Shown: positions 35,295-51,740 of the stretch, piece after piece
Position numbering within the stretch: position 1 is the stretch's first letter
Layout of the letters: each line of letters begins with the position of its first letter
NCBI RefSeq assembly: GCF_009914755.1
Contig: NC_060925.1
Length of the DNA stretch: 64,000 nucleotides
Strand: one strand, 5' to 3'
Source of the DNA: the human T2T-CHM13v2.0 reference genome, Homo sapiens
The notes under the pieces: generated by a model
Databases searched by the model: none
The model's input: the letters and a program-made list of their open reading frames with translations, nothing else
Told to the model about the DNA's origin: nothing
Translations under genes and position numbers: made by a program

Positions 35295-36224
35295 CTGGAA
35301 TGCACCAAGGAATACCCAACTTGTTTAATTTTTCTGAATCTCTATCATCCCTTCTTTCTTCATCTCTTGGAGGTAAATTACAGTGTAAAGATCCGGCTTA
35401 TTTGATTGTTTATCTGACTCCTTTAGAGATTTTTCTTTGAGGGCCAGGACCATGTCTTATCTATTTTTTATTTATCCTAGTGCCTCAAATATAGTAGAAG
35501 TTCAATAAATGCCTGATGAATGGGTGCAGAAACAAATGAGTGAACCCTGATTTGAGTGATATGTTGGAATAGGTCTGTGGTTCCCAAACTTTGCTGTACT
35601 ATAGAGTCACCAGGAGGAGCTTTAAAGAAATAAAGACTCCAGGCCCCACCTCCAGAGAGAGTGGCTCAATAGCTCTGGGGTAGAGTCCTAGACTCTGCAT
35701 TTAAAAAGCTCCCCACTGATTCCTTTGCAGCCGCAAGAACTACTGGCCACCTGACCTCTGAGATCCTTTGCAGCTAGAAAGTTTTGCAATGGCAATAATA
35801 ATGAATTAACTGACTTAGCAAGCATTTCTTAATTTCCTTTGTGCCAATGCTGTGTTGTGTTCTGGGAATGGGAGATGAATAAGAAATAGCTCCTTTCCTC
35901 AAGGAATTCAAAGCTTGGAGGAGGAGATGCAGTTATCTCAGTACAGTCTGATAATTTACACGTAGCGGTGGCTGGGGACTAAGACAGGAGCTCTTCTTAG
36001 ATGATGCCATTCTTGAAGATTATAGAGCAGTACTTTTAAAACATGGGCAAAGTCCACTAGGGTATTGCTCCTGTCATTCTAATTACAACTTGTCAGTGTT
36101 AGAACTTTCATAGAATTTTCCAGAAAGCCAAAGCTATATCTGCGCAGTCTAATTGTCTATGTAAGAATACTAAGGAAGGAAAACATTTACAAAAACAGAA
36201 ATATAATTTTTTTAAAGAACTTAC

Positions 36225-36303
36225 TTAAATTGCCAAGAGAAATGGAGGACTCAGGCCTGAGAGCTCATGGAATAATGGGCTTGGGGATCCTGGTGCTTAT
36301 ATA
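36225..36303 (-). promoter_or_regulatory. SFTP pseudogene TATA box and non-coding exon 1
   Basis: TATATAA at 36297-36303; GTAAGT donor at 36219-36224; intron 1 of 930 nt versus 856 nt in TCHHL1. Confidence 0.75.
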
Positions 36304-37099
36304 GGGGTTTTAATTACACCCTTTAACCTGACATCTTTTGCAGACAACACCCTTGGTGTATAATGGACTGAATCATTGCCAACCAAACCCCATTCCACCT
36401 GTTTCTCCTCTAAGCGGGGCTTTTAAACTCAGCATTTCCTTGAATGCCACCCCTATTTTGCATTTGTTCTGTGTCTGCAGCCTGGCTCCTGAGGGACAGC
36501 TACTTCTCACATCCCTGTGGGGCCATAGTGCCACCAGGATGTCTTGACAGTGTGCTGAAGTACTCTCAAGAAAAACCTTGTGAACCAATAGTGGCCTCAT
36601 CTCCTGCAAGTAAAATGAGTTCTTAACCTGAGCCATTTTAGTCATGAACAAGATCTCTTTCACTGTCTGTAATTGCACATTTTATTTGGATATGTTGAGG
36701 CTGAAGTGCCCAGTTGCATTAGATGCTTGCTATACTGTGATGTAAAACACAAACATGAGTCTGTCTTAATCCCCACCTGGCCTATTCCTTCGGCGGGTGG
36801 TTCTGTGCCTCACGACCCATCTCCCTGTGTCTATCTGCTGTCAAAGCATAAGTTGTTTGCCCTGTGTGAGAGACAACAACTTTTCGTATTTGATGGTGAT
36901 AGCAGCAAAATGTTGGACACAGGAGAGGATCTGTGGGCTGCAGAGTTGGCGGTCTGTTGAAACGTCACTGCTTGAAAGTTAAAAACCATTTTCAATTTCA
37001 CCAGCTTATAAATAGTTTCTTTGTTTCTGAAGAAATTATGTATGGGTGGATGTACTCTAACATAATCCTTTATGATACTAAAAATAATTCCCACTCACC

Positions 37100-37285
37100 T
37101 TTTAAAAATTTATCAATTTTTATTTTAAGTTCTGGGGTACATGTGCAGGATGTGCAGGTTTGTTACATAGGTAAACGTGTGCCATGGTGGTTGGCTGCAC
37201 AGATCAACCCATCACCGAGATATTAAGCCCAGCACCCATTGGCTACTCTTCCTGATGCTCTCCCTCCCACAGCTCCCCCTCCACC
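37100..37285 (-). mobile_element. L1PA 3' end fragment
   Basis: ttttaagttctggggtacatgtgcaggatgtgcaggtttgttacataggtaaac. Confidence 0.9.
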
Positions 37286-40200
37286 CACGTTTACTGCAGA
37301 CATTCTGTAGGATTCTCTTAGAGATAGCCGGTTCTATCATCTTGTTAATGGCTATGAGGTGAGCAGTACTGGAGAAATCTTTAATAGCCTGTGGATATGA
37401 CAAAGAGTTTGAAGAGCTATAAAATCAGATAAGTGAATACAGGCAAATGTATTTCCTGAGGAGCATGGTAGCTCTTTTTTTTTTGCTGCTCACCCTGATT
37501 TTGAGAATAGCTCCACAAGGAGACACCTTTCCTGTGTGGGGGGATACTGGGGCCATAGGCTACTGCTATTTCCCAAAGCAACACAAGCCTGGATCCTAAA
37601 TCTTTTTTACATCTAATTTGGTTTGTTTGTTTTTAAGTCTCCCACATGACTTCTAAAATTGTATGTAATAAAGACACTTTGAGCTTTTCCTGATGTCTGT
37701 AATAAAAATATAAAATGTCTTCTCTTCAGTTTCTCTCCTGAACATCCCCATGGCCCTGGGGAGTTTATTTTTCTAGAATGTCTAAAGTGTATTATTTATT
37801 CAAAACAAAACAAAACAAAACAAAATAGTTTCTATGAGGAAATATTCTAGATACTTGACTCAATAATATTTCATTATTTTTGAATTTGTGTAGGAAACTC
37901 TTTCTTGCCCGTATTCAGACAGCCCAAGGCATGGGTGACTACTGAAGGAGGAGGAGGCAGGTCTTTCTCCCTGTGTGTCTAAAGGGCAGGAGCCTGATGA
38001 ACTGGCTCCGTGTGGTCATTAGTTGCCGTTAGAGTGATTAATAAGAGTAACAGAGATAATTATAATTCTTGCTTTGAAAAGCCTTGCTTTTGAGAGGAAT
38101 TATCCTTGTGCAAATGTCTCCCCACCCTCTTGGTAAATCGTCTTTGGCAGCCAGACCTGTAGCTTCTGGGTTTGCCTGTGGTCTCCGGGCTGCTGTTGCT
38201 GACACACCTGGTCTGCTGCCCGTCTCTCCTGAGTTTGGCTCATCTGATTCCTGGGCCTTCTTGCTTTTCTCCACTCTTTCTCATTTTCTGATGGTCTCTC
38301 TCTGTTCTCTTTTCCGTCTTCCTTTTGTCTTCCCCCCTTTCAACATTTCAATCTCTTTCTGTTTCTCATTGTCCCTTTCTTTGTGTGCCTTTTCTTACCT
38401 CTGTCTCTTCTACCTCTCTATTCCCACCCCATTTGTTTCAGACCTGAAGTCTCCATTCAGTTTGATCTTCCCTTTCGTTCTTTTACCTAAAAATTTATTA
38501 GTTTCTATCAGGGAAAATAAAAGACAAGTAGATTGAAAATGAATGCATCCAGTTCTTGCTATGAGAAGGGAAAGAGACGCTTACTGTGTGTCCACACCAG
38601 GCGATAGCCTGCCATAGTCACACAATGGGGAGGCCTGCTTGGTGCCAGGGCCCATGCTTACCACCCACACTGCCTGTACAAACAGGACATTTTCTGACCC
38701 AGAGTCCATGTGCAATGGTGACAGAATGACTTCTGTGGTGACACTCTTCTGATGACGTGGTCTTTGCCCCTCAGCGTCAAGGTTTGTCTTGACACTGCCT
38801 GGGAGGAGTTTCCTGGAAAGTGTCCACAGCCATGATTACAGATAAGAGGAGACTGCCAGAGTCATTTGAAGGCATCAAGTTGTCTGTAGGAGAAGCTTGG
38901 TGATTGGAGGAGTTGCTGCTGGGGTGGCTATCCTGAGTGCACATTTGGACTTTGCCTGCTCTGTGACCTCAGGCATCTTACCAAATCCCTCTGAGCCTCA
39001 GCAGTGGGATCTAGTGGTCACCATTTCTTGGATGTGTCATAAGGATACGGTGTGGCTCAGGGAAGCACTGGATTATAATGTGTTTTAAGCTCATTCTGAA
39101 GAAAAGCACCGTGCAAATCCCAGTTATTATGTTTATTATGAGGTTCAGCATGATTAAATGCAAAGAATTTGTTCCATCTGAATGAGGCTTTTAAAAATAC
39201 ACTGGGGCCAGTAATTACAGAAATGTAGGCTCCCCTAAACATGTTCCCAATTAGGAAGGGATGTAACTGAATGAACTGGGGCATGGCGGGGGACTCTCAG
39301 ATCCTTGACATGTTCTTGGTCAGCTCAGTCAAGCTTTTCTTGATCAGAAAATGGAAAAAAGCAGAAAATTCTCATCCCTTGTGTCTTTCTTAGAAGAAGA
39401 TAATAAACCCAGTGGCCAAAGAATGTTAACATTTAACTGATTTTCCTTATGTATCAGGACCTTTTTCTGAAACTATGATTGTTAAGGATTTTAAGTAAGA
39501 CCCAAATCAGTATGGGGTATGATTTTCTTGTTTGTGATTAAAACATATGGAAGTAATTATAGATCTCAAAGTAATTTTTATTTATACACAAATAATACAT
39601 ACGTTCCTGATCCTTGAAAAAATTGAAACATTACTTGATGACATCTAAGACTTCTTTGACTACTACTGTCTCTCCTGATTCCCTTTTACTTTTCTCAGAG
39701 GCAATGACCATTATCAGTTTGGTGTTTTTCTTTCTGAGCTTTTCCGTCTTTAGAAGTAGAGAAAACCAAGGTGGACATGGTACGCAAGTCTCCACATGGT
39801 TTTCTTCTGTGGTTTAGCCTCATCTCCTGGGCCAGATCATATGCTTCTTGAGACCAGAAACCACATGAACTCCTTGATCTGATTCCACACCACTCCCAGG
39901 CCTGGAATAGAATCATGGAGAAGTGAGGGGAATGGTGAGGAACAGTTAACTAAACGCTTGTTTGAGAAAAATTATTGTCCTGCAGTTTACTCAAATAGAG
40001 CTAGTAACTCGGCTGGGCAAGTTTCAGATTCTGTGTTTCAAAACCACCTCAACCCACCCAGTGGAAACCAGAATATTCTCATGGCTTTACAAAAACGCCT
40101 GAGCTTTAAGCTTGATCTAAAGGGCTCAGCAAAGAAGCATTGCTCCTGAGAGGCTTCCTGTCTGCCTCAAGCTCCCTGTCTCAGCCTCCAGGTAGCCTCA

Positions 40201-42704
40201 TCCTCATGCTCCACTTGCCCAGACATGGACCTCAAAGAAACTCCTGTCCACCTTCTTGGGGGTCCCTTCAGGGGTAGTTGTGTGTCATCAGCCACCCTCA
40301 GAGTTGGCTCTGAAACATTCCCCGGTTTCTCCTTCAGTGGTTTGTGGAGGTCAGGAAGAAATGCATGTGATATTTTCTGAAGGTTCTGGACAATCCTAAT
40401 GTTGTCATGAAGCCTGCTGGCCCCTTTAGGCAACATACACACCCAGACATATATCGATAGTGATGGAAGAATTCCATCTTTTCTTCAAATTCTCTTCTCT
40501 ATTTTTACTTTCTTTCCTTAAAATGGTGCCTAGGATGGGTCCTTGTGGAAAGGACAGTGCTGGGGTTGCAACTCCTATCTCAGTGCTTTGACAAGCCCTC
40601 AAGAAATAAGGTTTATGGCTGTTTTTAGGAGACTCCATCACAGGCCCTCCTCACCATCCAGGCTTCTCTCCTGTTTGCCCATATCTGGAATAGGACTGAC
40701 TGTACTCCTGGCTCTCTGAGCACCACACCCTCTCGCCTGCCTCCATGCCTTTGTTAATGCTGGTCCTTTCGGCCTGAGAGGAACCAGGCCCATCCCTGCT
40801 GGCCAAGCTCCATCTTCTCCTGGGAGCCTTCCCTGGTGACTTGGTTGGGTCCACACTTCGCTGACCTCCTCTTTTCCCACTGTCACCATCATTGCTTATG
40901 ACATTCCTACCATACTATCCTCCTTGTTGTTCCTTGAATGTGCTAGGCATGCCCATCTCCAGGCCTTAGTACGTGCCGTTTCCTCTGTGAAGTGCTCTTT
41001 TCTGAAGTGCATGGTTTCCTTTCTCACCTTCTGCAGGTCTCTGTTCGGGTGTCATCTGACCTTCCTCTCTTAAACAGCAACACTCCCACTTCCCCTGACT
41101 CCCTCCCTACCCTCCTACTCTGCTTTTTACTCTCCCTAACATTTATCCCACATGAGTTAGTATACAATTGTTTGTCTATCTGTTTATTTTCTATTTTCCC
41201 CATTAGAATGTAGAAACATGAGGGCGGGAACTTGGTCTGCTTTGTTCACCGCTTTATTCCCAACACCTAGAAATTGCTTACCAGGTGGTAGTCATGTAGT
41301 AAATATTTGTTGAAAAACAAATCAACAACTCTAACTACCATATTTTGCCCCCCTGAAAAAAAAGTTTCTACACTGATTATGGGTGCCATGCCCAGCCAGG
41401 CCTGCACTGAGGCATTTGGCAGGAGTTGGATGATGAAGCTTTATACATGCCCTGAGTTGTGTGCTCTCCAGTTGTTTCATGAGCAGGTCTTGTCTTAATT
41501 ATATTGTGAGCTACTTGGGGGTAGAAATCAAATTTTGTTCTTCTTCTTAACTACTTAACACTTGAAATGCGTCTGGGTTCCATTAGTGATTATTTGTTTA
41601 TTGTTCCAAAAAAGAACTAAAGGTTGCCAATGGGGGAGTCACAGTGTGTGGTCATTAACTGCTTATTGACTGATTGATTAGTGATGGCAAATCCTGATGA
41701 GGTAGATTGACTCTAAGGACAGAGTGGATGTGGCTGTTGGAAGATGCATTTGGGTCCTTATGTAAAATTCTGGGTTCTCCTTGCAGGGTGTGATATCTCT
41801 GACTGGTGTCTGAATGTCCGTGGCTCTTTCTTCCACCTTCCTAACCTAGATTCTGACAAATATATTCCTGGCATTAAGAGTGGTTGTAAAACTAGAAACA
41901 TATATCACTGTATATAAACCAAAGTATGTCTTTATCCACTACTTATAGTCTTTCAGAGAGACTTAATTTTCCCTTTTTAGTGTTATTCATTTACAGCCTC
42001 TTCATATAGATTTGAAGCAGCTTATCATATACAGTAAAGTGGTTAAATAAAAAAGGTAGAAAATAAGAACTAGGAAAAAGGAAAATTCAAATTTGTCAAC
42101 CATGAGGGTCAACACAATTGCTGTTATTACTCTTCATTCTTGGCTCAGGGATTTCTGACAGCAATTCCCAAAGGAAAACACCATCAGTTTTATGGCCTTC
42201 ACAATCAGAAAGTAAGATAACTATGTACGCTTTTTGTGGCAAAAGAGAGCATTTCTCAGGACTGAATTCTAAAAAGAATATCTCATGGGGACTTTATAAA
42301 GGTGAGTACTGCATGATAAAATGGATAAAGTTCTCAACAGCATTTTGACAGCCAAAGAAGTGGTAAGTTTCACATATGTATTTCTTATAGTTTTGGCAAA
42401 AATTGAGCACATGAATGAGGAGGTTTTATTCAGTGGGCATAAAAAAATTAAGGATCTGACTTCAATATGTAACTCGGTGAAAGCTATTATGAATTGTCTA
42501 TTTTGTTAATCACCATATACCCTGTATACATAGTTTAATAGGTGGTCAATTGTTAAGTTAATAGATGAATAAAGTGTCTCTCATATTTGGTACTATTCCA
42601 GCTTCAATGTTAAATAGTAAACAGATACATATTAAGCATCTACTAATTCCAGGTGGTTTGCTGGGCACTTTCATATGTATTGTTCCACTTATTCTCTTTA
42701 AACA

Positions 42705-43570
42705 CATTTTCTTATTGAAGAATATTCAGATCATAAGTGTACAGCAATGAATTATTACAAAGTAAACACTTCCATGTAACCACTGCCCAAATCAAGAAAT
42801 AGAACATTAATCAGGACTCTGAAAGTCCCCATGTTCTTCCCCTTCCCTCCTCCCTAGTGGTACCATTATCCTGACTTCTAATGCCATAGATTAGGGTTTT
42901 CTTTTGGTTGTTGGTTTTGAACTTTATGTAAATGCAGCCACTCAGTATGAAGGCTTTTGTGTCTGGCTTAATTTTGTCAACATTATGCTTGTGAAGTTCT
43001 TCTATGTTGTGGCATACGGCTTTAATTCTTTCAGTCTCATTGCTGTATAATAGTGCATTGTATGAATATAGCACAATTTGTTGTTGTCCATTTTCAGTTA
43101 ATAGATCTTTGGATTGTCTTCTCCTTTGGGGTGTAACAAACCGTGCTGCAATGAATACTTTTCAACATGTCTTTTGGTGCATTTCTGTTGGGTTATCTGC
43201 CTGGGCTGGAGTTACTTAGTTATGGAGTTTGCATATGTTTAGCTTTAGAGATATTGCCCTACAGTTCTCCTAAATGATTATTGTATCAATTTATTTCTCT
43301 ACTACTAGTGTGAGAGTTCTAATTGCTCTACATCTTTGCACACACTTGACATTATTGCTTGTAAATTTCAGACATTTGATAGGTATGAGTGGTTCTCAAC
43401 ATGATTTAATTTGCAATTATCTGATATCTGATGAGGTTGAGCCAGTATCTTTTTATTGGCTTTAAAAATATCTCATTTTGTGTCTTTTCCTTTTTTTTTT
43501 TTAAGAAAAGAGATTGCCTTTTACTCATTGACTTATAGGCATACTTTGTATCTTCTGCATACTAGCTCTT
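42705..43570 (-). mobile_element. L1M 3' region
   Basis: gtaaccactgcccaaatcaagaaatagaacatt and downstream L1M-type 3'UTR/ORF2-end sequence. Confidence 0.75.
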
Positions 43571-44552
43571 TCTTTTTAATTCTTCACAATAACTGTGAGT
43601 TATAATAACATTTTATACAGGCAGATACTGAGGTCACAGAAGTTAAGTAATTTACTCAAGGACACTTGGGGTATTAGGGTATAAGAATTATCCCTTCTCT
43701 TCAGTGGCTTGTAATCTACTTGTTTGGGGAAATACTGCTGAGAACAATTAGTGAGTAATATTAGGTAATAAATATTAAAGTATTAATCTGGATGGTGCAG
43801 GCTATGAATGATATAACAGTTAAAAGATCAGTGTGAGCTTTCTAGTGGAGGTCAGATTTAGTCTAGGACTTGAAGGATAGGTATAACTGAGGAAGTAGAG
43901 AGGAAATTAAAAAAACATTTCAGCGAGGGTGACCACAAGAGCAGAGGCATGGAGCTGGAAGTAATACTACTACTAACAAGTTGCCTTTGAATAGCTCTTT
44001 GCAGAACTTTTTGTCTTAAGACCACCTCTCTTATGCAGGGACATGAGTGCAGGGACCATGACTGTTCCATTCACTCAGGCATGTCCAGTGTACACCATGG
44101 TGCCTGGCACATGACCAATGCTTAACAAATATGTTCAAATAAAATGAATGAATGAGTGAATTCAATCCCAACAATGTACCTGTAAACCTAATAGGATAGA
44201 ATTTAAATGATTAAGGTGAGGGTTGAAAGTTAAAAGACAATTAGATGACCAATCTATGGCTTCTGAAAGATTTCTACAGAAACTAGTGGTAAATTGTAAT
44301 TAGAGAGATAGATTATAGAGAGTCTGATCAGTTTAAACTTGATGTAGCATGTAGGAAAGCATAAAGTGTCACTGAGAGGTCTTGAACAGAGGGAGGTGAA
44401 AAGGTGCAAACAGTGTTTTGCAAAATTCATGAGTGATTGAATGGGGACTGGACAGGAATGGGGGGACAGCTAAGAAGAGGCTGTTGCAATGATATAGGCA
44501 CTCACTTATGTATTCAACAAACATTTATTGAAACCATAGAATACATCTGGCG

Positions 44553-44945
<393 letters not shown>

Positions 44946-45482
44946 TTAGACAAGCACACAAATAATTATAACTCAATACAGAATGATTTTTTAAAATAGC
45001 GCAAATAAAGACTATGGAGTTCAGAGGAGGATAAGATCTCCTCTGGCCAGGGCATCAGGAAAGGTTCAAGTAGTACTCTAGAGCTGCGTCCTGCCTGCCT
45101 CTGCCTCCCTGCTCCCCTGCCTCCTCTCTATCACATTATCTTCCATTATTACCTGGAATTGTCTGGTTTATTTATTATTGTTTGTCTCTCCCTTCCTTCA
45201 GTAGAATACAAGCTCCAAGATGACGAGCTAACTTGTTTTGGACACTGCTGTATCCCTAATGCTTCACCTAATATCTGGCACTAACATGGATTTTTTTTTT
45301 AAAGAAAATTTGGAATGAATGAATAAAGTGTCATTGGCATCAGATCCCATAAGACAAACGGGATTGGTCATTCAGGAAAAGTTGCAGGGAAAGATATCAT
45401 TTTAGGTGAAGGGTACATGAAGTCCTACAGGGAATGGAGAATGAAAGATGGATCTAGAATATAGACTTAAGAAAAACTATAG

Positions 45483-47102
<1,620 letters not shown>

Positions 47103-47130
<28 letters not shown>

Positions 47131-48353
47131 TGCCGTCTCTTCTTTCTCCTCCTAAGCAGCTCTCTTAGTCTCCTGAATTTTGATGTTCTACTTAACACCC
47201 TCATGTTCTTACACATGTTGCCCTGCTGGAGGCGTCCTTCTCTTTGGGAAGCCTGACTCACCAACAGGGCCTCAGGAGATAGACATGGAAACTTAGCCGG
47301 TGGGGGCCCCTCGTCTCTATCCCACTTCAGTTGCAGGGGAGGGGTCGGTTGCAGCTGCAGCGGTGGCTCCGACAGTTTTCTTTTGTGGGAACTGTGGCTG
47401 GCAGCTCTGGATGGAGAAGACCTACTTGATCCAAGAGCTGCAGGATCCTTGGGCTGCATGTCCTCCCCCACCATCAGCAAGCCTGGAGAGCTGGGCAGGT
47501 GGTCTTTACCCAGCACCTTCAAGGCCGCCTTCTCTGGCCACAGGGAGCAGCCCGGAACTGGGGCAGGGAGCACTGTTGGAAGTGGGTCAGGCTTCCCAAA
47601 AGAAAGGATGCCTCCAGCAGGGCTGTGTGAACTGGCGACTTCATGGTCCTTGGAGTAGAAACTCACTGCATGCACCTGGGCCTTGTCAGTCTGGTTCTTT
47701 TCTATCAAGCTCTTGAGGTGGACATTTCCCTCCAAGGGCCTGGGATTGTACCAGGAGGAAGTGAGGTTTCCCTGAGTCTCCAGGAGACTAGAGGTGGAGG
47801 CTGCTTCCCCATTGCTACAGGGGCCCCTTTTATTGTCCTCCTGCCCCTGGGTCTCTACCTGGTCTTTCACCTCCGTTGCTTCTTTGGGCTCTTCTGCCCT
47901 CACCTCCATCTTCGGGAGCCTGGCTGGGATCACCTGCTCATCTAATGAAGGAAGTTGAAGGTTAAACTTGCCTCTCAGATGAGGGATCCTCACGGGGCTG
48001 AGGTGTCCAAACATCATGGAGTTGCAAGCAGACAGCATGGGTTTCTTCCTTGAAGGGGGGCTCCAGACCACAGGAGGCAGGACCCTCTGTGGGGTGCCCG
48101 TGTTCTGAGGGATAAGACACAGCCTCATAGGGGCGCCATCCCACCTGACTGGAAAAGAAGGCCCAAGATGTCGCTGACGGTTGAAGAGGAGTGGGAAACG
48201 GCCCACGATTCCCCGGGCAGGCACAGGTGCAGGAGCCGCTGGGTGAGCCCGGCCAGCTGGGAAGGCCTCACGGACAAGACAAGCAGGTTGCCGATGGCAT
48301 GGCCAGGACCTGCGGCGGAACCAGGAACAAAATACGCTTAGTGAGTTGCCCAT
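47103..48353 (-). CDS. Intronless NPAP1/POM121-related ORF (UPF0607-type), 416 aa from the first ATG; coding status uncertain
   Basis: MGNSLS start; GRAH, RKKPMLSA, PLEGNV, GKPDP and WDRDEGPPPAKFPCL blocks resemble the NPAP1 N-terminal third; uninterrupted frame; stop lies inside the Alu. Confidence 0.7.
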
Positions 48354-48479
48354 TTTGAGCGAGTTGTGCACAGACGAAACTAAGGGTCAGAAGCAGAGAG
48401 GATACTCCTAAGTCACCCACTTCTCTGTGGCCGGGTGCACACTGGGCATCTGGGAGTTTATGACATCACCATGGGGCTG

Positions 48480-48950
48480 GTGACAGAGCCAGGGTTGTGG
48501 AGGAGTGCTTAGGAGCCCAGCGAGGGTGCCTACAAGAGGGGTAAAAGGGCAAAGGGTGAGACCCTTCCACCGGTCCAGCTGGACTCTAGCCTCAGGGACG
48601 TCCTGCTCCTGGGGGCAGGTGTGTGGCCCTGGATGGGCCCCCCTGTGGGGCTGTTGGGGGTGCGGGGCTGATCTGCCAGAGCCCTTCCGCCTGGCGCCCG
48701 GCCCAGGTGCTGGCTGGCACCCAGTGGCCCTGTCTTGGCCGGCCCTGTCTCCCGGGTTACAGGGCCAGAACCTGGAAGCAGAGCGCAGGACCAGCCAGAT
48801 CCCGCTAGGCTCCCCCGGGTCCTCTCCAGTGCCTCTGTGCCGCCTGGAGCCAGGCCCGCCTTCTCCATGGCTGCTGTGGCCTCAAGGGCCACCAGCCCCG
48901 CTCCGCAGGTTTCCAAAGAGAGGACGCGGTGCCCTGACCTGACTGGATGC
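48480..48950 (-). promoter_or_regulatory. GC/CpG-enriched region upstream of the NPAP1-like ORF (possible co-retroposed promoter)
   Basis: High GC with retained CpGs, directly 5' of the ORF. Confidence 0.4.
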
Positions 48951-50299
48951 GCCTCTTACCACATGCCTCCCTGGCAGGCAGTGTCTCCACTTTTTACAAA
49001 TTTGCCTGAGACCATTCCTCAGGTCATTCAGGTGGTCATGGCCCAGCCAGGCTTTGAACCTGGGCTGTGTGATTCCACAGCTGGCGCTCTGGCCTGTGTG
49101 CCTCATGATCATGGATACAGCATCTATTCTTATTTTTTCCTGTAGTCCTGGGGTACTTAGCACCATGGCATATCTGTAATAAGCACATGCACACCTTGAA
49201 GGAGTTCTTCACTTCAGCATACAAGTTGACCATGGCATGCTCTGGGCTCCAGTCCTCTACAAAGATGTAGGGCAGGAACTACCAGTTGTCAGCACAGCAC
49301 CATCCCACATTACTCTTCTAATGGAGCCTTTCACCCCAGATGTTCTTTCTTGTTTGATGGGAAGGATCCAAGTATGTAAAGATTATGTTCTAGATCAGCT
49401 TTGGTCTGTCCTAAAAGAAATTTGCCAGTGGATTATTCCATATGGATAAAAGTCAGTTTCTCTGGTCTTCCTGGAATGTGTCTAGAAAGCAAATACATTA
49501 TTTACAAGTTCATAGTAGATCAATGTATTGGATTAAAATATGACAAACATAATTTGGTCATTGTGAGCATGCCAGCTCGGTCAACTATTCACCACACATG
49601 ATGCCCTAAATATAACTCTAGGTTTTCTTATGCCCAAGAGAGGGACATACTTTTGGGTGTCTGGACTAGGAAAACATGTATGAAAAACCATTTGACCACT
49701 CTACATCTTGTTATTGGAGAATTGAAACCATCTATATTCAAAGATATTATTAAAAGGCAAGAAGTTAAAAAAAAAGAAAAACTATTGAGATAACAAAGTG
49801 GATTAGATATGAAGAATAAGACAAGGTAAATGATGATTCCAAAGTTTGTGCCTTTGAAGCATGATAGAATGAAGATTGAGAGAATGACAGTAGGAAGGAA
49901 ATTGAGAAGACAAGCCAGTTTGTCTGGAAGTGGTTGACAATAGAAGGCGTCATATCTGTGAGCATTTGTAGAGACTGGATTGAAGTGCACAGTCAGGTTT
50001 GAACAAGGTGAATTGAGACTCATCAGTGTGAAAGAGATAATAGTAAGTTGGACCAAGCATGGGTTCTCACGAGGAGAAAGTTCATAAAAAGAAGAGTCCT
50101 TGGAAAGGGGGCACAGTCTTGGGCACTGGATGAGAGGAATTAACTAGGGAGATGGGGAAAGACCACTGAAGGGAGTATTTCATGAAAGACAGTCATCAAT
50201 GCCCGATGTCCAAAACTGTGGAAGCTGGAGGTCTTTAGGCTTGTTGGATGGAGGGCAACATCACCTTCAAAGGAATACTTCTTGAAGGATGATGGCAAA

Positions 50300-50301
<2 letters not shown>

Positions 50302-50348
<47 letters not shown>
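50302..50348. repeat. (TA)n microsatellite
   Basis: Direct reading. Confidence 0.95.
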
Positions 50349-50351
<3 letters not shown>

Positions 50352-50457
50352 GCAAACTTTTCTTCTTTCTGCCCACCATTCTATTAGTGCTGATTGCTGG
50401 AATGCTAAGAGAGTGTTTAAAAATTGTTGCTATTAAGTTTTTAATTTTTTCAGTTAA

Positions 50458-50628
<171 letters not shown>

Positions 50629-50934
50629 TAATGCCGTCAGCAAACCATATAGGTAAACGTTTCTGCTTTTTGGCTGTTCTTGTTCCTCTGTGAGTTGTGC
50701 ATCCTTTTCTATGACTGCCAGCACCACTGCCACTGGAGCTGTTTTGTCATTCACATTTTCTTCAATTCTAGTGAGGATTTCGAATGTTTATTGGCCATCT
50801 GTATAGCTTCTTTTGTGAATTTATTAATAATGAAGTTTTTCATTTTTATGGACTCAGATACTTATTGCCACATTGCTTGCCAAAAGGGATGACGAGTTTA
50901 TGCTCTAGTATGTATATATTTATTTATACTAAAA

Positions 50935-51195
50935 TTATCTATAATTATATATAAATAAAAATTATATATAATTTTATAAACTAAAAATTATGTATATTTT
51001 ATAAACTAAAAATTAGTGTATAATTTTATAAACTGAAAATTATGTATATAATTTTATAAACTAAAAGTTATGTATATAATTTTATAAACTAAAAGTTATG
51101 TATATAATTTTATAAACTAAAAATTATGTATATAATTTTATAAACTAAAAATTATGTATATAATTTTATAAACTAAAAATTATGTATATAATTTT
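50935..51195. repeat. 28-bp AT-rich minisatellite, ~9 copies
   Basis: Unit aattttataaactaaaa(a/g)ttatgtatat; period 28 (51061 to 51089). Confidence 0.92.
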
Positions 51196-51734
51196 TTCCT
51201 TTAGTAAGTCTATGCTCTAGTGTAGTACATATGTATGTTTGTGTATGTGTATGTATATTAGAGCATGGACAAACTAAAAGAAATATATATATTTTTCTTT
51301 TTTATGAATTGTCTCATGTTTCTTGCTCATTTAAAGTAATATTTTTTTCAGATAGGGATATAATTCATATTTGAGTGTAGAATGAAAAGAGCTGAAAATA
51401 TTGGAGGGGGAGGTTATATACTTGGATTTTAGGCTCTGGAAAATGTGAAGGTTGAAGTGGAAGAATACTGAACCTCGAAGGCAGAATGCAATGGGAGATG
51501 GAGTATTGGACTGCTTTTTGGCTTCAGGAAACATTGTATGATAACAATTTTATTCCTTTCCTGGGTCATGACTAAGCTTGAAGAGCATCATACTTTAATT
51601 ATAGTCTTTTGAAAAAACACAAATAACTAAGATTGTTTTCGTTTTTGATCAGTGTCTCCAAGGCAAGACGGAGAATGAGGGGAAAAAAATGACCCAACAA
51701 AAGAAATTGATCATCAGGTTGTTTAATTATCAAT

Positions 51735-51740
51735 TTTAAT
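51735..51740 (-). terminator. TCHHL1: Candidate TCHHL1 poly(A) signal ATTAAA
   Basis: tttaat on the plus strand ~800 nt after the stop; a second copy at 51722-51727. Confidence 0.55.

Noticed and set aside
38084-38536. 150-codon hydrophobic ORF
   Set aside because: Arises from a CT-rich low-complexity tract; non-ATG start.
49237-49449. 70-aa plus-strand ORF with protein-like composition inside the retrocopy
   Set aside because: No family I can recognise; short and far downstream in the cassette. A BLASTp would be needed to revisit it.
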